This document shows positions 18,046 to 50,001 of a stretch of DNA of 64,000 nucleotides, piece by piece. Under the pieces are notes generated by a model. It made no database searches. It was not told the DNA's origin and was given only the letters and a program-made list of their open reading frames with translations. The stretch is from assembly GCA_000934665.2 (NCBI GenBank), contig JYFJ02001487.1:1-64000 (forward strand), given 5' to 3'. This DNA is from Catajapyx aquilonaris (lineage: Eukaryota). Each line of letters opens with the position of its first letter. Within the stretch, counting starts at the first letter, position 1. Made by a program: the position numbers and the translations under genes.

Positions 18046-18336
18046 TAATCCAACTGCAATGTAATAAGCACATGCTGCATTTAGAACAACTGTCTGCATG
18101 CTCAAGGTACTGTTCATGCCAAAGCTACATTACATTGTCTTTAACTGGTCTTTAACACACATCATACTTGCCCCTATTGGACCGGGCAGAACACTACCCA
18201 ATCCTACAACCACCATAATAATAATTTAACATAAATCTAGAACGCAATTTACCTTAAAAATGACTCAAAATATTCATATTTTCTGCAGCACACGTGAAAG
18301 AGCAACAGACGGCTGCGACCGAAATAGCCACGCCGC

Positions 18337-18373
18337 TGTGACGTCACATATCCTGTCACTGTGTGACGTCACA
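18337..18373. promoter_or_regulatory. Bidirectional promoter core with two perfect palindromic CRE sites (TGTGACGTCACA x2) between the LTO1/METTL25 unit and the THAP gene
   Basis: Identical 12-bp palindromes at 18337-18348 and 18362-18373 lie in the ~200-bp gap between the LTO1 5'UTR exon donor (18252, -) and the THAP ATG (18454, +). Confidence 0.65.
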
Positions 18374-18453
18374 GAAATTAGACGCAGCCAGCCGTGCAGC
18401 ATTGCCGTGCACGGCGTGCAGGGTTGGGTACTTGTTGCTTTTTTATTTTAATA

Positions 18454-21362
18454 ATGAAGTGTGTGGCTTTGGGATGTCCCAACAAAGGAAGCCATCGTTT
18501 TCCACGTGATCCGTCGCTGAAGGAGAAGTGGCTGGCGGCACTTGGAAGGGAAGCTTATACGCCCGAGTCCAGGGTGTGCCGGATGCACTTCAGAGACGAG
18601 GACTACAGGAAGGAAGGATATGCATCTGGTGTGTGTGTTTTCATATGTATAAATATTTGATGACGATTTATTGTACATTGTGGCCAGCTTCTTCTGTGAA
18701 AATTGTTGTCAATGTCCCAATATCCCCCCAAAAAGGGTACTGCCCTCGAAAGGGGTTTCGTAATAAATAAATAAATTGTTGTCAACGCCACAAATAGAAA
18801 GTATAACTGCTGATTCATTACCATATACATCTGTTTCTCAGGCCACGTCCTTGAGAAGAGAATACTGAACACAGGTGCAGTTCCATCAGTTTTCTCGTTG
18901 AAGAGGATATCAAGTCATGCTGTGGTTAATGGTCGGGTAGCGAGGAAGCCCAAAGAGAAGAGAGGTGAAGTCAGGTGTTATCAGAGCAAATCAACAGTGC
19001 CTGAAACTCAAACCGTAGACCTTGGAGCTCTAAGGTCTATGACTCAAACAACTGAGGAAGAAGGATCTGCAAGAACTCGTGGTGTGGTTTATGGTCGGGC
19101 AGTGAGGAAGCCAGAAGAGAAGAGCGGTGAAGCCAGGTCTAATCAGCGCAACACCATCACAGTGCCTGAAACTCAAACAACTGCGGAAGAAGGATCTGCA
19201 AGAAATCGTGTTGTGGTTTATGGTCGGGCAGTGAGGAAGCCAGAAGAAAAAAGAGGTGAACCCAGGTGTTATCAGCGCAAAACCACAGTGCCTGAAACTC
19301 AAACCATAGACCTTGGAGCTCTAAGGTCTATGACTCAAACAACTGCGGAAGAAGAATCTGCAAGCATTCGTGCTGTCGTTTATGGTCAGGCAGCGAGGAA
19401 GCCAGAAGAGAAGAGCGATGAACCCAGGTGTTATCAGCGCAAAACCACAGTGCCTGAAACTCAAACCATAGATCTTGGAGCTCTAAGGTCTATGACTCAA
19501 ACAACTGCGGCAGAAGAATCTGCAAGAACTCGTGCTGTCGTTTATGGTCAGGCAGCGAGGACGCCAGAAGAGAAGAGCGGTGAACCCAGGTGTTATCAGC
19601 GCAAAACCACAGTGCCTGAAACTCAAACAACTGCGGAAGAAGAATCTGCAAGCGATCAGGCTGTGGTTAATGGTAGGGCAGCGAGGAAGCCAGAAGAGAA
19701 GAGAGGTGAAGCCAGGTCTAAACAGCACAACACCATCACAGTGCCTGAAACTCAAACGACTGCGGAAGAAGNGCAAGAACTCGTGCTGTGGTTTATGGTC
19801 ATGCAGCGAGGAAGCCAGAAGAGAAGAGTGGTGAAGCCAGGTGTTATCAGCGCAAAACCACAGTGCCTGAAACTCAAACAACTGCGGAAGAAGAATCTGA
19901 AAGCATTCGTGCTGTCGTTTATGGTCAGGCAGCGAGGACGCCAGAAGAGAAGAGCGGTGAAGCCAGGTCTAATCAGCGCAACACCACAGTGCCTGAAACT
20001 CAAACACCTGCGGAAGAAGAATCTGCAAGCAATCGCACTGTGGTTGATGGTCAGGCAGCGAGGACTCCAGAAGAGAAGAGCGGTGAAGCCAGGTCTAACC
20101 AGCGCAACACCATCACAGTCCCTGAAACTCAAACAACTGCTGAAGAAGAATCTGCAAGCGATTGTGCCGTGGTTTATGGTTGGGCAGCGAGGAAGCCAGA
20201 AGAGAAGAGAGATGAAGCCAGGACTTATCAGCGCAAAACCACAGTGCCTGAAACTCAAACACCTGCAGAAGAAGAATCTGCAAGCGATCATGCTGGGGTT
20301 TATGGTCCGGCAGCGAGGAAGCCAGAAGAGAAGAGCAGTGAAGCCAGGTCTAAACAGCACAACACCATCACAGTCCCTGAAACTCAAACAACTGCTGAAG
20401 AAAAGTCTGCAAGCGGTTGCTGTATTTACTTGTTCCTTGCTGATTCATGTGTAGACGTTTGTGAGGTTGACGTGACATATGATCCAAATGCGCAATCAGA
20501 ATCTCATGACAATATCTGCAATGTGCTTTCTCTTCCGATGAAAATTCAGAGTGAAAGTAGTGTGGAAGTTACTTCAGTGGGTACTCAAACAGTTTTCAAA
20601 GCTTCAGTTTCTTTTGATAAGTTGAAGGACACACCGTCGTGTGTGAGTTATTACACAGGTTTTGAAGCTTTTGACAAATTACAGCTTGCTTTACGTTCAC
20701 TGGGGCCAGCAGCATATGACTTGACATATCGATATGATTCCATTGTCCAGGTTTCTGTTGAGGACCAGTTCCTACTGACTCTGATTAAGTTGAGAAGGGC
20801 CATTCCTGACTTTGGGCTGGCCATGATATTTGATGTTAGTGAAAAGATTGTGCAGAACATTGTGATCACTTGGTTAAATTTCATGTACCATGAATGGACA
20901 AATTCAGCATTTCAGAAAGCAACTTTCAGCAAGTACAAAAAGAGAACTAGATCGAAAGATTTAGGTGGAACGACACCAAGTGGGCTCATTACCTGCAGTG
21001 ATCATTCATATTCAGGTTCTGCTAGTATGATTGTTGAGAGAAGTGACCTTCGTGAAAAGTGTGACCCATCAGCTGATTCTGTCATGTCAGACAGAGATTT
21101 GAATGTTCAAGATAGCATTGCACCCAGTCACATGACATTTAATATGCCAGCTTTTACCAAAGGAATGCGTCGGCTGCCTGGTCTCCCCGTTCGCAAAGGT
21201 AGAAAACGGTCCAGGAAAAGGGTCCGCATTGAGATAATCACTGAACTGACTAATACGTACAAAATACTGAAATGTAAACTCCGCCCTCCTTACGCAGAGT
21301 TAGGGTCGGAAATATTTTTTGTATGCTGCACCCTTTGCAATTTTCGTGAGGGTGTTGCGTAG
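18454..21362 (+). CDS. THAP zinc finger + tandem-repeat linker + HTH_Tnp_4 + degenerate DDE_Tnp_4 (ISL2EU/PIF-Harbinger-type transposase-derived protein)
   Basis: Exon 18454-18628 (MKCVALGC..HRFP..W..RVCRMHF), then phase-1 intron 18629-18841, then an exon from 18842 with GAVPSVF completing the THAP domain. Repeats follow, then YYTGF, SVEDQFLLTLIKLRR..LAMIFDVS..WLNFM (transposase HTH) and QKATFSKYK..TPSGLI..SGSAS..IVERS..SVMSDRDLNVQD..KRVRIE..YKIL..CCTLCNFR (DDE_Tnp_4-like). The only frame break coincides with an assembly N at 19772. Confidence 0.8.
18915..20414 (+). repeat. Minisatellite of 11 units (126-165 nt) in frame within the THAP gene
   Basis: The core T(G/C)CCTGAAACTCAAAC starts at 18998, 19163, 19289, 19451, 19613, 19742, 19864, 19990, 20119, 20245 and 20374. 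The spacings are 165, 126, 162, 162, 129, 122 (contains the N), 126, 129, 126 and 129 nt. A typical unit reads RAVVYGQAARKPEEKSGEARSNQRNTITVPETQTTAEEESAS. Confidence 0.95.
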
Positions 21363-21727
21363 GATCTCACACATAATAATTAATAAGTTATATTATACCG
21401 AACCATTAGCTCTTGATGACTGAACCAAGACTGACCTGATTGTTATTATATTTCAGTCATGCCCTGTGTGTCAGGTGTGAAAATATTACCTCATTACTTG
21501 CAAAATAATCTGTTAATATTTTGTACACTTACAAATTCTATATATTTGCATTGAAAAATAAATATGTTTGGCATGTTCCCGATAACATGAAATACCTTCA
21601 TTACACAACAGCAACTTATCTATGATACAAAAAATAAATAAATGGAAGGTCCATTTGCAACAGTTTTTTTGTAGGTACATTTTTGATTTTATATATAAAT
21701 GTGCGAAATTCGCGCCACATTGTGGTC

Positions 21728-22206
21728 GCGCATGCGCTCTGTGCTGCTCCAACTTCAATGCTGCAAAAAAAAACAATTATTACGATAATTGCTCTACATT
21801 ACCATCCCCCGATTCAGTAATCAAAGTTTAAATTAGGTTTAAAAGGCTTTTTCGCGAATACACGTTTGCAACTTCACGTATGCCTCTTCAATACAATGTG
21901 TAGTACGCACGCGCAAGATATTACGTTGAACTGATTGCTTCATACTCAGCAATCAAACAAATTAATCAGCCGCACTAATCAACCTTTTTTCCAATCACCA
22001 AACGATATCACTAATCACCAAATTCGGCCGCCCCCTCCAATTTACACATAACCAGTATCCACCTAGTGCGCATGCTCCACGTTCCTTCCGGTATTCCCAT
22101 TGGCCAATAATAACCAGCTCTCTAATGGCGACTAGCACGTCAAATAAGTGGCGCCTGATTTTAATTAAATATTAATGATGGTGCTGTAGGTAGCGCCATC
22201 TGGTTC
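21728..22206. promoter_or_regulatory. Putative OAT upstream elements: NRF1/Ewg-type GCGCATGCGC, a second near-match, CCAAT boxes and a CTCF-like site
   Basis: GCGCATGCGC at 21728-21737, TGCGCATGCT at 22067-22076, CCAAT at several positions, and TAGCGCCATCTGG at 22191-22203 (reverse complement CCAGATGGCGCTA). These are motif matches only. Confidence 0.35.
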
Positions 22207-22358
22207 CGACCGGTGCGGACTGGTTCCACGATCGGTCGGGTGGGCGGTTCAAAAACCTGATTGCCAAGTCCTACTTTGCTCTCCTTTCATTCAAGACCAA
22301 CCAGTCCGTCTCGGTGGCAGCTCCGGAGTGCACGTCTTTGTCTCGTCCTCCAGCAACA

Positions 22359-24686
22359 ATGGTGCCTGTCAGCAGCTCCCTTCTTCTGAGGACGGTGCAG
22401 CGAGCCACTCGGTCATTGTCCACATTAACCTCACAGCAGGTCTTTGACAGGGAGGCCACATACGGAGCGCACAACTACCATCCGCTGCCTGTCGCACTAG
22501 CAAAGGGAAAAGGTATGACCCAGCTTCAATCGTGCCGTACATGTTTTCACATAATAACACAAAACAGGTGTGTTCCTGTGGGATGTGGAAGGACGCCGGT
22601 ACTACGACTTCCTCAGCGCATACTCAGCCGTTAATCAGGGACACTGCCATCCACGCATACTGGAAGCATTGAAGAAGCAGGCCGAAGTACGCATTTTGTC
22701 AAGGATAAATCACCATTAGACGTCACAATGCCATTATCACCCAACAGGTGCTGACCTTGACCTCACGAGCTTTCTACTCCGAGGCGCTTGGAGAGTATGA
22801 GGAGTTTGTGACCCGCCTTTTCGGTTATGATAAGGTACTGCCCATGAACACTGGCGTCGAGGGAGGGGAGACGGCGTGCAAGATATCCAGGAAGTGGGGC
22901 TACCACCAGAAGGGAGTGCCGAGGAATCAGGCCAAGATCGTGTTTGCGGCCGGTAATTTCTGGGGGAGGTCGCTGGCGGCGGTGTCAAGCTCAACTGATC
23001 CGACGAGCTACGAAGGGTTTGGGCCATTCATGCCTGGATTCATGGTGGTACCCTTTGACGACCTGCTCTCTTTGGAGGTAAGGATACGAGAAAAATACTC
23101 AGCATTACATTTATTATAGCCACTGCTGACAAGTAGCGCCAGGTAGCGCATATTACAACAACAATTCAGCTCCGTAATTGAGCTGTCATACTGTGCAACG
23201 TGGCACGTAATAAACATATTTGCATACTGGCATACCATCTAGAAATGGAATCTCCAACTTGCGCTGACCCAAGTGTTATCGTAGGTGCCAGTGGCGCTTG
23301 GGAATGTCGTAAGCCACAAGAGTCCGATACACTAGTAGTGTAACATTGTTGCACAACACCCTAATGTTATCCTTGGCCCTTATCTTGCACCGATGTCTCC
23401 AGAATGTCTCCATCATCTAGTTATCTGAGGTCATGGGATGCCTGACTCGTAGTCATTATTTGATATCCTCATTAGTACAGACATCTTGAGTCAGGAATAT
23501 TACTTTTGAGTCAAACCAGTTGCACATTAGATGACTATGTACTTAACAATGTAGTAATCAGCATGATTAAATTGCTGAAGAATGATTGGAATGAAATGTG
23601 CAGTCAGCAAATTACATTATGATGAAGTACAATTTACGGATAGAAAAATTATGCATTAAAAAAAATTACGCTTTGAAATATTTCTTACGTGTATAATTAT
23701 TTCCATGGTACCATGCCTGAAATGCAGAACTTAGCACAAATATACATCTTGTTAAACCTCTTATCGGCTTTAGTTGTCACATTCGGATTTCCATAGTGGG
23801 TGGGATTAAGATAAGGATGTTGCTAGTAGCAGCTTTGCAAAGCAAAAAGGGACGACTAGCACATGATATATTGGAGAACCTGAACTTACCTTCGCTCTAA
23901 TTTCAGACTGTACTGCAAGACCCAACAGTTTGTGCGTTCATGGTAGAGCCCATCCAAGGTGAAGCTGGTGTAGTGGTCCCGTCTGACAACTACCTTCGTG
24001 AAGTCCGCCGCTTATGCACCAAGCACAAAGTTCTGTTTGTGGCCGATGAAGTCCAGACTGGTTTGGGGCGCACTGGGATGCGCCTTGCCTGCGACTATGA
24101 GGAAGTCCGACCTGACATACTGGTGTTGGGGAAGGCCCTGTCTGGAGGAACCTACCCGGTCTCCGCTGTGTTGGCAGATGATCCCATAATGCTATGCATC
24201 AAGCCAGGGGAGCATGGCAGTACCTACGGAGGCAATCCGTTGGCTTGCAAGGTTGGGGTGGCTGCTCTCCAAGTGCTGGAAGAAGAAAGACTGGCTGATA
24301 ACGCAGCAAAGACGGGAAGATTGCTTCGAGAAGAGTTGAGGAAGCTGCCAAAAGAAGTTGTCACAGCCGTTCGGGGGAAAGGATTGCTCAATGCCATTGT
24401 CATCAACAAGAGTAAGTATATTTTTTTGTGAATTAGGCAGATTCTACTTCTATTTTGTGAAACACACATTTGCATTGAATAGTGTATCTCACTATATTTC
24501 CCTAATGCTATTTCTGTTTCAGAATTTGATGCTTGGGATGTTTGTGTGCGTCTAAAGGAGAATGGACTCTTAGCAAAGCCTACTCATGGAGATATCATCC
24601 GTTTTGCACCTCCACTGGTGATAACTGAGGACCAAATCCATGAATGTGTTGATATCATCAAGAAAACAATGATGTCTTACATGTAA
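22359..24686 (+). CDS. OAT: Ornithine aminotransferase, mitochondrial
   Basis: Exons 22359-22512, 22568-22686, 22748-23077, 23907-24411 and 24523-24686. Arg/Ser-rich targeting peptide, then [59 protein letters not shown] lysine [17 protein letters not shown] and [22 protein letters not shown] signals lie at ~24996-25018. Confidence 0.98.
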
Positions 24687-25420
24687 CATGTCCATTCAAT
24701 TACCGTACTGATATTGACATTCCCATGGAAGTACAGCATGTACTGTGAGGTCCATATTCAGTGCAGTTATGCATTTGGACAGCATAATTTTATTATTCCA
24801 GAGGCTGGGGTTGTCTTTCCTGACATCAAAAAGTTAAGCTTGTGAGCTGTGGCCATCAATATGACAAACTGCCAAGACTGAGAAGGGATCATTTCATGTT
24901 CCCACCTCCCTTCTTTGCCCGGACGGAAAGTTTTGTGAAATTGGTTCTATTTTCTCTATGTATTTTTTACATTGAAGTTTCACAAAAACCATTCCAATAA
25001 ACAGCGAATAAAAATAAAGAGTATGAACTGTCACCTTCTCCGATTTGAAGAAATGAAATGATCATGAAAATTGAGTTTAATATGGTCCCCAAAGGCCAAT
25101 GTGTCCTATGGTAACATTTCGATAGCGAAAGCACAGCCACCTTGAGTGTTGAGATCTTTATGAAAAAATTACATACCATCATGAAATCACTCAAATATGG
25201 CTGATCTGTATTTCAGAACCTCATTTGCATGTGAGCAAAAGTAGCCAACACAGAGGACTTGTACAAAACACCATACTAACAGACATGTCTATTTTAATAT
25301 AAACGATATCAAATGTAACACTGATCTTCATTGGATGTAGTTCTGTAGAATGCTTAAGTTTTTCTCAGGTTGGTATGTTTGCACTTTACATCATTTAGGA
25401 AAATAATGGGTGGAATTTTC

Positions 25421-25484
25421 CCACTACTAGTTACTGCTAACTTAGCATTATCAGTGTTGGCACTGGCACTGCTAAGTTAGCAGT
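25421..25484. repeat. Short hairpin element (15-bp perfect arms), with a related copy at ~50517-50560
   Basis: ACTGCTAACTTAGCA (25433-25447) is the reverse complement of TGCTAAGTTAGCAGT (25470-25484). The CCCACTA..GTTACTGCTAA..TAGCA segment recurs at 50517-50544. Confidence 0.55.
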
Positions 25485-26242
25485 GCAGCGAAAATACTAC
25501 CCAATATTTTCTTCTTTCCCCCATCAGTTAGTGGCCATTTTTGAAGGCTGACTGAGGTTTTTAAATATCAATAAGTATGAGTTTTTCACACTACTATCCA
25601 GAAATATGGAGGAAAACGTCACTGTGGATGAAAGATGGTAATTATTAGCACGGAAGGCACTGCTGGGCATAAGAGCCGGCAATTCACCTGTATAAATTGT
25701 CTGAGCAACACATTCCGCAGATGGCATATTACGTTCAATAGCCTGAAACGTGATGTGTTTAACATACTCAACCACACTGCAAGCTTTAGACCAGGCTTAC
25801 TGGGAGACACAGAATTCACATCTACTGTACTGAGGTGGCACATTGTTGGACTAAAAAAGGTGACACGATACCGGTAGCTGTTCCTGTTTGGATCCTGTGA
25901 GTTGAGCGTCAAAGGCGCCAAACATGAACAATGTTTCGCTGGGATTCCTCACATAGTGCAAATTTCCGATGATAAGTCTGGCAGACTCCGAGTCTGTGAA
26001 TCACGCGGACATCACGATCCAACTGCACTAGTTTCCTGCTGAACAGACAACAAACAGCATGAAGGCCCACCTGCCACAAGATACGTCCGATATAATTGCG
26101 AGGCCAGCCGTGATGGACTTTGGTCCTCTTCTCTGTCGGCCAATCCTGCGCACCGCTGCAACCCTCCCACCACATACGCACACACCCACCAGTGATTTCC
26201 AATGTCAGAAAAAGCTGTTGTTATCTGCTAGTTGGGGATAGG

Positions 26243-31374
<5,132 letters not shown>

Positions 31375-34057
31375 CAATTACAAGTCGCAGATGTAAATAT
31401 CAATCAATGCAGCTAAACATTGTAATGATGGGAAAAGTCTCCTGGAAGTTACTCGAGGATTCAGCAGCTGTAATGAAATGACTGATGCCCACTGCTGATA
31501 ATTATTATTGAAAATAATTAACTTACCTGCTGGCCGACAGCTGTAAAAATAAATGTGGAACACTAATAACACCACAATGATCAGAGAACCCATCAATTTA
31601 TCATCTCCTGAGTTATGTACAGCTGAAACCAGCCATTGCAACATGCCCCAGGCAATAACCATTCATGTCAGTCACATGGCAGAACAATTATTTCTTCAAG
31701 TACAATTCTCCAAGTCTGCCACATTAGAAACCAATCGCATGGTTGTACATTTCTAAATTGCTTTCCATAGGTCCATGACTGTATCTGATTTACACCTGGA
31801 TCCCAAAAAACAAGGATATAAATAACAATGACGAGCAAAGTGAATCACCATTGGAGGGTAGCATGTTGCTCTCAATTTTCATGACTTTACTACATAATTA
31901 CACTCTTATTTCCTAAATAATGGAAACCTTACATCTTAAAATTAACTTACATGCATAAACTTTTAAAATACAGGCCCATTATGGGTCACAACTACAATAA
32001 TAATATATAACAGGACTTTTTTTTTTTAAACATCTTGTACTTCTACTCACCTGGACCTACATGCTCACGTTTTTTTTTCATGTTTTTCTAGACTACATTG
32101 GTCTCCAAGATATGAACCTTAAACTGTCTTTGGCTAACACATGTTTGTAGAAAGCTCTTTTTTTTTCGCTCTAACTGCATTGTCCCCTGTACAGTACATT
32201 TTCATACTCTCAACACAATATTCATTTCTGACTCAGTTCTTTACTAATGCATGTCTACAGAAAAATAAAGAAAATAATGAACTCTCATACACTCTCAAAA
32301 TACCTTCACTTTGTTAGTTTCATTACAGGAACCCAAATAAATATTTCAACAAAACAAATGCAAATCTCTTCCATTACATAACTGAAGACAATTCACTATT
32401 CTTTTTAAAAACTCCTTTTAAATATGCATGCAGGAACATTAATGCTTAAGTTGTGCATTGGATGAATTCTATTGATATAAAAGGAAAAAAAAAATTAAAT
32501 GGAGATTGCATTACACTAAAATGAGATATGCCCTCCAGGTGGCCAAGTTGAAGGAAAAAATGGCACAAGTCTTCATTGTGTGTTTTTTTTAAAGAGTGAT
32601 TAGTGAAGGTCACAATGCCTAATGCAAATTCTAATAATAATAATCCCAAGTGGATCTTGACTACAATCAACGTGCCAGTCTCAAAAATTAAGAGTCAGAT
32701 GCCATTCCATTGACAATATCTGGTGGACTGCTCAAGGGCACTGCATGGGGCTTTGGAAAGTAACAAATACGTGGACTACTACAGGTATCCAAAAAGTATA
32801 CATCCAAATTTCTAATATTGACAATACAACTTTCACAATAAAAATGTTGGCTTAACACATTCACATACATCGAACTGGCAGTGCCTGCCAGGTTCAGAAA
32901 TTATAGTCTTTGTTTACATATAGCCCAAAATAAAGCCACCTTGTGTAGATGAGCAATACGAATTGTCTTCTACTATAATAACTGTTGGAAAAGTAACACA
33001 AAATGTATAGCAAACTAACTTCCCAATTGTAATGCACGTTCCTGCCTTACAAACTACTACTGGAAAGACCACACTTATTGCCCACCCTTTTTAACAACCT
33101 GGTTCCTTACCCTCCCAACAATCTGACTCATTCATTAATAAAAAAATATGACACTTGACTACAACATGGCACCACTGCAGAACTTTGCTCTGCTCATTTA
33201 CTTAAACTCCACTGAACCCACTTCGAGGGAACATGAAAGTGAAGTGTAACGAATTTGTACTATGTTAACTTACAACCTCGCTACCACCCACAATCTTCAC
33301 CAACTTCTCCTAATGCTCTATGTTTTGTTCCGTGCGTTGAATGGTAGTTATTTACACATGGCATAAAGATGAAGAGAAAATTGGAGTTGGTGGGATCTAA
33401 ATTCTTGACAGGAGAGAGATGTCAGTGCCTACAGAGTTGGATCATGCTAACTTCTCTCTGGCGAGCTACTTTAAAAAGGTCAGACCTCAGATCATAATAA
33501 TTCATTTAGCCCAAATGCGCTGACAAAAGTGTTAGAACTGAGATTTATCTACTACAGGTTAGGAGGGGGACTAATAATTTACTGGTTTTTAAATCAAGTA
33601 CCGAGTTCAATTCACAGCCAGCTAAGCTACAACAAAATGGCAAAACCAGACCCACGTCTAGTTTCTTCAACATTTCTGAAGCTCTCAGGAATGGAGAGTT
33701 GACGCTCTCTGCCAAACATCTTCTGAAGAAACCGACAGCCTTGTGCAGTAAGATGGTCTTGACATTTCATCATAGACTGGCTGGCAGCTAATGCAATAAC
33801 TGTCTGCAGCCACACATGACTAAATTCAGTCGTGGTTTTCTATGAATCCAAAAGGCCACAAAGTTAGTCCACCGTATGAGTTCATTGGGATGTGGGGGGG
33901 GTGAATCCAAAATCGGCATAATTTCGATGCGCCACCACTTCTTTTGATTAAACCAAACACCAAACCAAAAAACGCAAGGAACTACTCACATCAGAAATAA
34001 ATAACCTGACTTGTAAACCTCAATGGAAATACTCATCTAATTGCAGACTAGGAATCG

Positions 34058-50001
<15,944 letters not shown>

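Noticed and set aside
19030..20387. Antisense Cys/Phe-rich ORFs and alternative-frame KPQCLKLK ORFs
   Set aside because: These are shadow frames of the tandem repeat.
18915..20414. CRISPR-like repeat/spacer array
   Set aside because: The context is eukaryotic, whole units are homologous with no unique spacers, and the array behaves as a frame-preserving minisatellite.
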